A stretch of 64,000 nt of DNA from the NCBI GenBank assembly GCA_051294375.1, contig CM119263.1, forward strand, positions 30,158,099 to 30,222,098, read 5' to 3'. Positions within the stretch are counted from its first letter, which is position 1, and every line of letters begins with the position of its first letter. Source of the stretch: Paraspadella gotoi. Its lineage: Eukaryota; Animalia; Chaetognatha. A model generated the notes under the pieces. The model was not told the origin of the DNA. It saw only the letters and a program-made list of their open reading frames with translations, and did no database searches. This document shows, piece by piece, positions 52,640 through 64,000 of the stretch. The position numbers were made by a program, and so were the translations under genes.

Positions 52640-55362
52640 GTGTTTACTCTTTAATCTACGAGACGATGGCAAGGTTTTATATATAATTAGAATCTATCGT
52701 GTGTAGACAATAAAAATTATATTTAAACATTCATTCGTCAAAATATTTATAAAAACTAAGATTAAACGACTTTTTCTTATTTGACATCTTCCGCCAACTA
52801 TCAATCAATTTTCTTGAGAATAAAAAAATATTATATTTTTATATATATATTCATATTGGTTGTACCAATTTCAAATATATATCTGGTTTTCAAGGAATTC
52901 TCTCGGTGGTTCTTCTTATTTTTATTTGTAAACTTCAATAATCCTTAAATATATAATCATTGCTACTTTTTTCTTTTCTTTGCGACTCGTTCTATTCTTC
53001 TTAAGGCCTGGGAATCATTCAAACAAGAATTGCATAAAGCTTGTACAAATCTATTATTATGTCAAAGAAAGTGTATTCCCTTCACGTTTCAAAAAGAAAA
53101 CTCATAAATTTGATTAAAGGTTCAGCTTCAAGAAGCAACTAAAAATCGGGCATTTTTTTATCAGTAAACTAAAAATTTTATCCACACGTAAAGTCCATTT
53201 TTAAACGCAATTTCTTTAATTTTTTTTTTCAATTAACAAGCACCTACCTCAAGTGTAATATAACTAACTAAAAACCAAGTCATTCCAATTATGTTATAAG
53301 AATCAATTAATGGATGAAAACATAAACGTTTATGTAGAGAGAGAGCCAGAACGCTTTTATATAAGGATGTCTAATTATCATTTTTAAATGAACAAAAAAG
53401 AAATGATTAAAAATTATAAAATTTGTAAAATTTCAAAGACTTCTCCACTGGCAGATCTGAAGTTGGGTCCACTTTGGATAACAACCCAATGTGCTAAGAC
53501 TGTGCACAGATCCCACAGACGGACCCAGCTCATGCTCTGCTTATGACATTTAGTTCTGTTCCCCATGTTCAATAACTGCGTCAAAGCTTGACCGAAGACT
53601 GGAAAGAAAAAATAAATAAACACTTTGCAGCATTCCTCCTGTTTTACTGACTGCGTTCCTCCCCAGCCACAGCCATTTGTTAATAAAAAAAAAAAAATTG
53701 GACAAAAATTTGGATAAAACTTTAAAGATCGGTAAAGCCATCAATTTAAACTAGAAATGAAAATAGATTGGAAAAGCGATCGATTTTAAAGTTTTTTTGC
53801 TCGACTTTAGTTCTGTAAAATCTAACAGAAAAAAAAATAAAAATAAAAAATAAATAAACAAAAAGAGTTTGAGCTAAAAACCGTTTTGAAATAAAAATAA
53901 CAAAAATTATTTTTTATAAGTATGGAAAGGTGGGAAGAAATCTATGAGAGGGATTTTGGGAAATGTTACTAAGTTTTCAAGAATATTTAGAAATTTAATC
54001 TAAATTTTTTTTATTTCTTTTTTTTTTCTTAATGAAGATAAAGTGAATTTGAAAAAATCCCTGTTTCTCATAGAAATTGGGACCCTAGTCCTCAAGTAAG
54101 ATTTATGTAAAATTTAATGAAAAATCCGCTAGACCGTTTGGCCGCCACACTCTTCCGAAAGGTTTCTTTTATTTCTATATAGTATTATAAAATTCAAAAA
54201 AACAGCACATGGATTCGAAGAGAAAGATAAAGTGAAATAACTCTTCAGATCACTGGACCTCTACTTTCCGAATACAAGCTTTATTTAAAATCCTAATTAA
54301 TAACTTTTGGCCATGATGGCCCAGCCTTAAATCATTTCTTAGCATATTCTATTTCCAATTTAGTTTAAATTCTTTTTTTAATCTCAAATCATTTTATCTC
54401 TTCTTTTAGTAATATTATTTAATACGTATATATTTTTTCCCAAATCTTTTCCTTTTTTACATAACATTGAAAACAATTACACATTGAAAATAAATTATTG
54501 AGTAATTGAGTAATTATTTTAAGTAAACGAACTGTTCAAGTAGAGATAAACGGAAAAGGGAATAGAATCATTAAGTGACAAAAATACTATATCAGTCTAA
54601 TTGTACCAAAAATTTATAACAAAAGACAATTAAAAAATAAAGAGACCCTGAAAGAAACACCATTAGACACAAAACAAGATCCTAACAAGTACATTAAATG
54701 CATTTAAAGACGGAAAAGTATCCAAAACATTCTAACAGAATGAAAAAATAAAAAAAGCACCCTACTAAAAATTCTAACAGTAATAATAATAAATGAATAA
54801 CAACGCTTTCTGTTTCAATTCTATACATGCACCCCATCTTCATCTTTGATCTTCATCTTTCTTAAAAAAATGGCCTCGCTTTGTCCTTTTGTTTCCCCGG
54901 ATTCTCACCTTTTTCTCTCATCAGCGCCACCTACTTATCCTCGACGCTGCTTAAATAACTACCTAAAACTCAGAGTTGAAGTTTAAAAATGTTTAAAAAA
55001 ATCAATGTTTAAAAATATTATTCAATACGGTAAGAGAACAAAGACAAAAAACTAACTAGCAAATATAAATTTAGCAATCGACGTTCAACATCACTAAGTA
55101 TAGCAAATAATTAGACACTCCATGTTTCTATTTCTAAATGTACATTTAATAAAACCTCCTAAAATAAGACCTCATTATTCAATACAAAATTACTTAAAAT
55201 CAATTAAACTTCGGTTTTCCATGACGAGACTGTAGAGATTACATTCTTCATCTTTCGCCTTTGAAGTTCACGAACTCAACCAAAGGATATCTTTGCACTC
55301 CGCAGTATTGTACTCCTTGCTCTTATTTAAAACTGTTTAAAGAAACAAGAGATAATGTCGTT

Positions 55363-55435
55363 GCCCGGTTAGCTCAGTCGGTAGAGCACAGGACTCTTAA
55401 TCCTGGGGTCGTGGGTTCGAGCCCCACATTGGGCG
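55363..55435 (+). tRNA. tRNA-Lys(CTT), identical to the 47037 copy
   Basis: Same 73-nt sequence, followed by a T-run. Confidence 0.96.
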
Positions 55436-56229
55436 AATACTTTTTTTTCTTCATTTAGTTTTTTTTGTGACTGAATAGCGGTGAGAGGGCGCGGAGGAAG
55501 TTTTTGAAGAGAGAGAGAGAGGTGATTGAAAAGAGAGGGTGTGGTGATTAAAAAAAGAGAGTGAGGTGAATGCAAATAGCGAGTGAGTAGATTAGAAAAA
55601 GGAGGGTGGTAAGATGAAAAATTTAAAGAGAGAGAGTGAGGTGATTGCAAGTAGAGGGTGTTGTGATTAAAGAGAGAGAGTTAGTTTATTTAAAACAGGG
55701 TGTGGGGATAAAAGATAAAGTGCGGTGACTTTGTAGAGAAAAAGAGTGATATGATTAAAAAGACAGGGTAAAGAGTAATAAGAGACATGGCGATTGCTTG
55801 ATCAATTGATTGGTCAATTGATTGGTTAATAGGGGGTCAATAGGTCAATATTCAATTGATTAAAATTAAAATTTGTCCCGGTCACAACCTTTTAAGTCCA
55901 TGTTCCATTTGCCCCACGCTGCTGACCTGGTGCATCTAAGGAAAAAGCGACGACGACGACGACGACGACGACGACGGACCACCGAAGCTTTTATTGGCGT
56001 TCGAACGACGACGCGAAAAACGACGACGACGACGACGACGAAACCAAAGCTTCTATTGTCGTTCGAAACGACGACGACGACGACGATGAGAACGACGACG
56101 GAAACGCGGTGCATTTAAACTTGCAATCGACGAACATCCTGTTGCCAAACACTCACCGGCACCAAACACATTTCCACTTTTAAAAATAACAAAAAACTTT
56201 ATTTTTAAAAAAATTAACCGGCAAACGCA

Positions 56230-59200
56230 ATGGTTGAAATGCGGTTTATCGTAACGTTGCTCGTTATAACAGGCAAGTATTGTATATTGTTAAATATAAA
56301 TTTTCGCGACTAATTTCGTTTAATACCCCCTTAATTTAATTTTAACCCACATATTGAATCCTAATCAGTAACCAAAAAAACACAACTCATTTGCTAATCC
56401 ATAACCAATTCACCATAATTCCTAACTCTAAACTTAATCCTTAACCATGAACCCTCATCCCGAAACTCTTAAACTTAATCCTAAACCCAGGTCCCCTAAC
56501 CTAATCCTTAATCCCTAACCCTAATCCATANNNNNNNNNNTATAACCTCATATTTTAACCTGAAAACTAAATTTAAAATTTAAAACGAAATGGGACGTTT
56601 CGGGGAAAAAGGCCCAAATTTTCATTATGTATTTTAACTGTTATAGTGTCGTCACTGTGAAATTTCATCACTAATATATCTTTTCTTTACGATGAATTAA
56701 AACGAATTTTAGTTATTCCTTTTCGTAGTGAATCCGTATAACAAAACAATAATACATGCGTTCCTTACAATTGTAGGCGCTAAAATATTTTTTTTTATTA
56801 AAAATTATAGTTTACAAACTCTAATTGTATTTATAATTTTTATCGTTTAAAATAACAAATAGAATTTGTTCACTTTAGTAAAAGTATTGAGTTTACTTAG
56901 AGTAGACGTTCCAGGCATCGGCGGACTCGGGGCGGAGAAGCACCTCGTCAACCGCTTGATGAGGGGCTACACTCGAAGCGGTCGTCCGGTAGAGAAAGCA
57001 AAGGACACGGTCGACCTGCAATTCGGAATGGCGTTGAGTCAGATCATTAAAATAGTGAGTTGGAGGGTGCTTGATTGTTTGATTGATGATTGATTAAATT
57101 GATTCAATGATGGACTTTATTTATTTTTTATTGATAGATTGATTAAATTTATTTATTTATTATTATTTAAGTTTATTTATGTATGTATATATTTATTGAT
57201 TTATTTAAGATATCACGGCATCTCCTCTTTTTCCGTTTTACACATTTTACAAAGTGACGCTTAAGCCTATTTTTTTACAGATTTTGCAGTTTATGTTTTT
57301 CCCTGGTATGACTCACACGAGCCGGTTTGTCTTTTGTTCGCAAAAAGTTCTGGCTTCTGAGCTTCTGGCTCGTTTCAAAATGGTTATACGGAGACGTCTT
57401 ACCAGCACAGGGGATGTAGCTCAGTGGTAGAGCGTTCGCTTTGCATGTGAAAGGTCCGGGGTTCGAACCCCCGCATCTCCATTTTCCATTCTTTTTACAA
57501 TGTATGTTTTAAAAAAAATCTATTTTATGGTTTTCTTTCGATTCTATAAATTCCTTCCTCAGTGTTTCAAAGCAGATACTGAGATATAAAACTTAAAAAG
57601 AGCTGATTCGTACGTGGGGATGTAGCTCAGTGGTAGAGCGCTCGCTTCGCATGTGAGAAGTCCGGGGTTCAATCCCCCGCATCTCCACTTTTTAGTTAAT
57701 ACGCAATAATTTTTAATGAATTCTATATAATTCGTTAGTTAGAGTGTCATTTATTTTCCTAAAAATTTTCATATGTTTTATTGATTGTTGATTAAAGTCA
57801 AACGTTTGAAAATTTAAATTTAAAAACTAACAGTTCATGAAATGACTAAAGTCGTTTTTGAAGCGGACAGGTGCAAATTAGTGTCGTATTTTTCTGTTGT
57901 GTCTATACAGGGGATGTAGCTCAGTGGTAGAGCGCTCGCTTCGCATGTGAGAAGTCCGGGGTTCAATCCCCCGCATCTCCATTTTTCATAATGTTTTCCT
58001 AATTTTTTCTTTTCCCCTCCCACTCGTTAATACGTATTTCTCCAAAAACCGACCCTTTTGTATTTAAAAACAATTTTATCGTCGACTGATATGTAATAAG
58101 CATAAATTTACAGGACGAACCGAATCAAATGTTAATCTCGGAAATTTGGCTTCGCTATCGATGGAAGGATTTTGATCTACGGTGGACGAGTGGAGAGGAA
58201 GACGACAACAATAACAACGGAACGAACTACAACAATAACAACGGAACGAACGACTACAACAATAACAACGGAACGAACGACCACAACAATAACAATGGAA
58301 CGAACGATAACAACAAGGGAACCAACGACAACAACAACGCCACCGACAAAGATCCTTCCCAACTGGAACGAGATGGAAAAGGCATCGACAAAATCTACGT
58401 CCCCGCCAGCACAATTTGGCTGCCGGATCTCACCCTCTACAATAAGTAATGTGATTTATGTATGCGACGTTGAGGCGAGCGGGTTGTGAGAGGTGTGGAT
58501 TGTGTGAGCCGTGATGTGTGAGAGGATCACAGGGAGAAACGTGAGATTTGTATCGAAGTTGACAGTAATCACGGGTGAGAGAGAAATTAGGTTGGACGAG
58601 AGTGTCGCTCTGATGGCGAAGGAAGAGAGAGAGAGTCGAAGCCAAGTCTAGGCAGGGGCTTGTGTACAATGTGTAGGGGTAGACACTTTCTACAAAGCCG
58701 AGAGACCCGTTCTCTTATACCTCATCGAACTAAAAAAGTTTATCTGAAAATAAAAGAAAGAAAGATAATTGTTTTGAATCTTACAAAATACAAATATTTT
58801 TGCACTAGTAGGAAATATTAAAATATAAACATGATAGGACCATACTGTGATTTTTAAAAGAACCCAATCTTTTATTGTACGGGGGTAGCATTAGTTTGGC
58901 TTTCAGGGGGGACCCTAGTCTGCAAAAGAAATTAGTGGAGGGGCTCGCCATTTCTCTGAACGCCCTCGGCCCTGCCATGCAAAGGATATACTATGTCATG
59001 CCATGGTCATTGGTCATTGGTATGAGAATACGAAGCCAATCTCAAATTATATTCCTACAAGTTTATAAAAATCAAATATTGGTCAACCCAATAAAAAAAT
59101 AACAATTTTAATTCACCCTGACCTGACCACTTATTCAGCGCGCATTCAGAGATGAAATTCATGCTGAACGATCCTTATGCGTCGGTAGCTTCGGACGGAA

Positions 59201-59614
59201 CCGTAACTTACCTCAACGCTGGTCTTTTTAAATCAACTTGCAAGATCGACGTGACTTACTTTCCCTTCGACCGACAGGTAGGGAATAGGTTTTTTTGTTT
59301 AACGCCATCGCGGTTTACTTTATTAATTGTTTTGATTTGTTTTTCGAATATTTTTTTATTTTAATGTTTTAATTAAATTTACTTTTTCTGAGTTTAAAAA
59401 GATCAGCTATATTTATTAGTGTTTATCAATGTTTTGATGGAGATTATGGGCTGTTGGTTGAATATTTATTATTCATAAATGTTTATGAATTAAAATGTAA
59501 ACAAAGTTAAAAATGAAATGAATAAAAGAGAAATTATTGACGCATCGCGTTTGCGACATAAAAACGTGAAAGGAATTCGATTGAGGGAAATTTTTCTCTC
59601 GCAGAACCGAAGGC

Positions 59615-59671
<57 letters not shown>

Positions 59672-60085
59672 GATTTTTTTATTTGATTTGATTTATTATG
59701 CTCAAAATGTGAAAATTTAACACAGTAACAATGCAATTGTTATATATGTATATGTATGTATATAATATATATGTATGTACACATTATTTAAAGAAATGTA
59801 AATAAATTTGTTTTTCGAATATTTTTTTATTTTAATGTTTTAATTAAATTTACTTTTTCTGAGTTTAAAAAGATCAGCTATATTTATTAGTGTTTATCAA
59901 TGTTTTGATGGAGATTATGGGCTGTTGGTTGAATATTTATTATTCATAAATGTTTATGAATTAAAATGTAAACAAAGTTAAAAATGAAATGAATAAAAGA
60001 GAAATTATTGACGCATCGCGTTTGCGACATAAAAACGTGAAAGGAATTCGATTGAGGGAAATTTTTCTCTCGCAGAACCGAAGGC

Positions 60086-60141
<56 letters not shown>

Positions 60142-60982
60142 TCAGATGTCCTGTCGCCTTAACTTTCCCGCAATAATATTCACTGATTGATAATCTAATA
60201 ACAGCCACTAGTTCTGTAGTTTATCAATGAACTATATAAAAACTTTATTTATTTATTTGTTTATTTATTTATCAGCGATGCAAACTGACAATGGCCTCAT
60301 GGGTCTACACAATGGACAAAGTCAACTTGTCTCTGATAGAAAATCCTGTTGATGTCAACAGTTATCAGGAGAACAGCGAATGGAGTCTCTTCAGGCGAGT
60401 CACCATGTATTTTTCGAGTTCATTAATTACAGGGTAAACGATTTCTAAAACAGCGTTTGCAAGGGAATGACAGTTATTTTTTAAAGTTATTTTAGAAGCA
60501 TCCATTTGAAACATTAGAAAAGGTACCTAGTTTAGCGTTCAAGTTTCAACAGTTTTACAATTTTTTTTTAATTAAAGAAAAATATCTATTAATAAATATG
60601 ACAATGTGGACGAAGAACTCTTACACGCAACCTCGGTCAAATCAATTGACCTTTGCTCCTTCTCTTTATGGTCAAATTTTGACCTTGTAAATATCATTGT
60701 TATAGACCTAGCATCTGAGCCTTTTAACTGTTATTGTCATTTACTTTGTTGAAGAATAAATTCATTCTTACTCTGAAACTTGTTGCGTCCACAACAATAT
60801 GTTTTTCAGCTTTGAAGTGAAACGAACCGAACAAAAATTCACTTGTTGCCCCGAATCTCCATTTGTGGTTCTGGATTTCGTCTTGACTCTGGATCGAAAA
60901 CCTCTCTACTTTGTCTTCAACCTCATCATGCCTTGTTGGTGAGAGAGAGAGTGAGAGAGAGTGAGAGAGAGTGAGAGAGAGT

Positions 60983-61032
<50 letters not shown>

Positions 61033-61868
61033 GAAAGATAGATTATATATATAGATAGATAAAGAGAAAACGTTTACACATCTCTCCCCCGCCCTGAATT
61101 CAGTTTCATCGGCGCCATTGTGGTCTTGGTCTTTTATCTTCCAACTGATTCCGGTGAGAAGATTTCACTCTGTCTCACGGTTCTTCTCGCTCTCACAGTC
61201 TTTATGTTGATGGTGAACGAAGCGATGCCCAGAACGAGCGACGTCGTCCCGCTGATTGGTGAGTTGAGATTTTTGGTTGATTGGTTTCGTTCACTGATTG
61301 CTGATATGTCTGTCAGTTTGTCTTTTCGTCTCTTGGGGGACATTATGTAAGCGAGCTAATGATATCACGAAGATAATGTAAGAGGCCTTAGCATAGCCTA
61401 TCCAGTATCCACAGTCACCGGAAGAGCTTTCAAATATATTGACTGGATAAAATCTTTAAGTATAACTATTTTAAAATAGTTTTTTATTAAATAAAATAGT
61501 TAAATAGTTTTTTAAAGTAAAATATAAAAAAACTTTAAAAAAAACTATTTTACTAACTATAACTACAAGTTATTACTTGAACTAAGTCAAAACTGAAAAA
61601 AAGAGGAAATAAAAAATTATTCTTTCCTTAATCCCAAATACTACAAAATTCGAATGTGATTAAAACCTCATCAGGCTACTACTTCCTCTCCTCCATCGTA
61701 CTCGTCCTCGTCTCCACGATCTTCACCGTTATCAACGTTCACACTTTCTACAAAGGCGCCGCCAATCCCAGGGCGCGCCTATCGCCAGGCGTCAGGCGGA
61801 CGCTCTTTCTTCGCCTGGCAAAGTGGTTGGGGATGCAAGACAGGCTGCCCACGGTGGTCGTCGAAGAG
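56230..61868 (+). CDS. Nicotinic acetylcholine receptor alpha-type subunit (Cys-loop cation channel), 3'-incomplete. Exons 56230-56272, ~56915-57054, 58114-58445, 59139-59277, 60276-60394, 60810-60938, 61104-61258, 61675-61868
   Basis: Signal peptide, [33 protein letters not shown], Cys-loop [19 protein letters not shown], vicinal CC in FTCCPE, M1 [15 protein letters not shown]2 [19 protein letters not shown]3. M4 was not located. Confidence 0.93.
56330..56615 (-). mobile_element. MITE-like family B copy
   Basis: cctaaccctaatcc core, end acgaaatgggacgtttcggggaaaaaggccc. Confidence 0.55.
57410..57481 (+). tRNA. tRNA-Ala(TGC), intronic in nAChR
   Basis: GGGGATGTAGCTCAGTGGTAGAGCG TTCGC TT TGC AT GTGAA ...CATCTCCA. 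Confidence 0.95.
57616..57687 (+). tRNA. tRNA-Ala(CGC), intronic in nAChR
   Basis: CTCGC TT CGC AT GTGAG anticodon arm, full cloverleaf, T-run terminator. Confidence 0.95.
57910..57981 (+). tRNA. tRNA-Ala(CGC), identical second copy
   Basis: Same 72-nt sequence as 57616-57687. Confidence 0.95.
59336..60140 (+). repeat. Near-identical direct duplication (~330 bp, period ~471 bp) in an nAChR intron
   Basis: tttgtttttcgaatatttttttatt...gaaccgaaggcagaaa(ga)n occurs at ~59336 and ~59807. Confidence 0.85.
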
Positions 61869-61901
61869 GTGAAGGGGGTAGGAGGGAGGAGGGTAGGGAC
61901 G

Positions 61902-61952
<51 letters not shown>

Positions 61953-62208
61953 AAACGCGGCTAATGGGTCTCAACTGGCGCCAGAGTTTTGAGAAGAAAA
62001 CTCGTCTGCGCCAACGAAAATGCAAACAAGAAAGTGCAAACACGAAAATGCAAACACAAAAATACAAATATTAAACATTTCCGATTCACGGATGCAAACG
62101 TGGAATTTGCGAGAGAAAAAAAACAACAAAGTAACAATATTTACTTATTCGATTTTTTATTTATTTATTTATATATTTACTTATTTATTTATTTGTTTAA
62201 TTATATAT

Positions 62209-62251
<43 letters not shown>

Positions 62252-62380
62252 CGTAATCCATTAGCGTCAGTTTTAAGTATGCAGTATTTGTAATTGGGAG
62301 AAAACAAAGTAATGAAAATACTGACCTCATCAAAAACAATAGAATAGAACTAACAAGTGACGATACTTTGTTATTAATTT

Positions 62381-62433
<53 letters not shown>

Positions 62434-62816
62434 TTTCCCGACTTTGCGAATCGTCAGTCGGAATTCGGTGAATGAGTTTATGACAAAATCTGTCAAGATG
62501 ACAAAAGGGTCATCACAACAAAACGTTTTTGTGACATCTTGTGACAGTTCTAAATGACTATCACAAAGCGAGAGCCATCGACCGACGACATAAAAAGTAT
62601 CTTCTTTAGAATTATTTGTTAATTTATAAATAAAATAAAATATAAAAATATCTATAAATTTATAAAGGGGACATTTTTTAAACTTTAACGGGTTATTTAT
62701 TTTTTATTTATTTTTTATGGTTTTTATGAAACTTTTATGATTTTTTCCATCAAGGAGAAAAAAAATAATGTTTGTTGGAAAAATTCATGGCTCTTCGCTC
62801 GTTTTGATTTGATTAT

Positions 62817-62852
<36 letters not shown>

Positions 62853-64000
62853 CTCTCTCTCTCTCCTCTCTTCTCTCTCATGAAAACCTAATCGCGTTCC
62901 AGGTTCCCTGGTTACCGAGTTTCCTGGTTCCCCTCTCTCTCTCTATCCCATCTCTCTCTCACTTTCTCTTTCCTCTCTCTCTCTCTATCAAGTATATCAA
63001 ATTGGACAAAACAAATAGAACAACAGTTGTTCACAGAGAGATTATCGCCTTTCTCTGCCGCGAGAATGGAAAGAGGAGGAGGAGTAGAAGGAGGAGGATG
63101 AGGAGGAGGAGGAGTAGAAGGAGGACGGATATACACAAACACAAACACAATCGATCTAGAGCAAAGATAGAGAGAAGGATAAAAAGAAAGAAAGAAAGAA
63201 AGACAGAAAGATAGAAATAAAGTCATACTTACAGACATACTGGTCGAAAAACCCTTTAACATCTCTCCCCATAGAAAAGCAGACATTTATAATTTATATT
63301 TTTATATATTTTTATAATTTATATCAATAAAAAAGAGCGATAGGCACTTTTCCCATACACCCCGTTGTCTACTTTTGTCATAACCTAGTATACATAAAAT
63401 TATACATACCACTGTACTGTAATTATTTTTAATTTTTTCAGCTGCGAAAATGCAATGTCGGAGAAACTTTGCAGTCAAAGGAAAATCATAGAGAAGGTAT
63501 TTCTGGGACATGAAATGATAATGATATAAGTATTAAAATTTCGTTTTATTATATTGTTATTAACTAAAAGAGTATTGTATAATATTCAAGAAGACAACTT
63601 TATTCCTTCGCGAACATAAAATATAAGTTTAAGTTAAAAAATTAAATAATTGTTTGTTAAAAAATAAAAAAATAATTAATTTATATAAATACTAAAAATT
63701 TAAATATTATCCTATTATATTAAATATTACATAGCCTTATAATAATTTTAAAAATATAAAAGAAGTAATCTTGCAATAATTTATTTAGAGATACTTGTTC
63801 CTTTGGCGCTGTTATTTACTGGCATTAACTTTACATTTTAAAATTTTTGCAGGAAATTCCATTTATATCGGAAACTTTATGAAAGCCACGACATCATTAG
63901 TAAGTGATGAATATTAATTTTCAGTTAATTCTTTTTTATAAAAATGCGGTCAATTTATTTTCTTTTATTTAGGAAAATCAAAGACGATTTTTAGTGGACG

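Noticed and set aside
53414-53623. GC-richer minus-strand ORF/exon candidate
   Set aside because: No recognisable family and no partner exons found
55866-56118. Arg/Thr-rich ORFs upstream of nAChR (similar at 9647-9700)
   Set aside because: (CGA)n repeats, likely in the 5' UTR
59336-60140. Intronic direct duplication as a functional element
   Set aside because: Near-identical, non-coding and ending in (AG)n. Could be a recent slippage or a haplotype/assembly duplication.
63002-63900. Candidate further nAChR exons (63036-, 63853-63898)
   Set aside because: I could not join them in a consistent phase or find M4, so they are left unannotated

Overview
AT-rich, intron-containing eukaryotic (metazoan, probably invertebrate) genomic DNA with many (AG)n microsatellites and three N-gaps. 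I rebuilt the spliced genes by hand from GT/GC-AG junctions and phase continuity. In order they are: CCDC113/CFAP263 (-, last exon not found in the window); a 115-aa protein made of a TDP-43 N-terminal-domain-like fold plus a polybasic CaaX tail (-); BBS7 (+, 17 coding exons), whose 8.7-kb intron carries a nested antisense class-A GPCR with an apparent ~220-aa first intracellular loop; an XK-related membrane protein (+); a 5'-truncated non-LTR retrotransposon RT (-); an intronless 2208-aa ORF derived from a Polinton/Maverick/Adintovirus-type protein-primed DNA polymerase B; a GT10 alpha-1,3-fucosyltransferase (-); and a nicotinic acetylcholine receptor alpha-type subunit (+, runs off the window). 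There are also six tRNA genes and several MITE/SINE-like repeat families. The strongest candidate for a new system is the solitary, intact pPolB. Its polymerase, exonuclease and endonuclease VII motifs are degenerate, it carries a duplicated OTU-like/Zn-finger module, and it has gained SUMO-interacting motifs and an NLS, which suggests a domesticated viral/transposon polymerase. Also notable are the prenylatable TDP-43-NTD-only protein and repeated tandem duplications of exon ends plus splice donors. All family assignments come from recalled motifs, not database searches.
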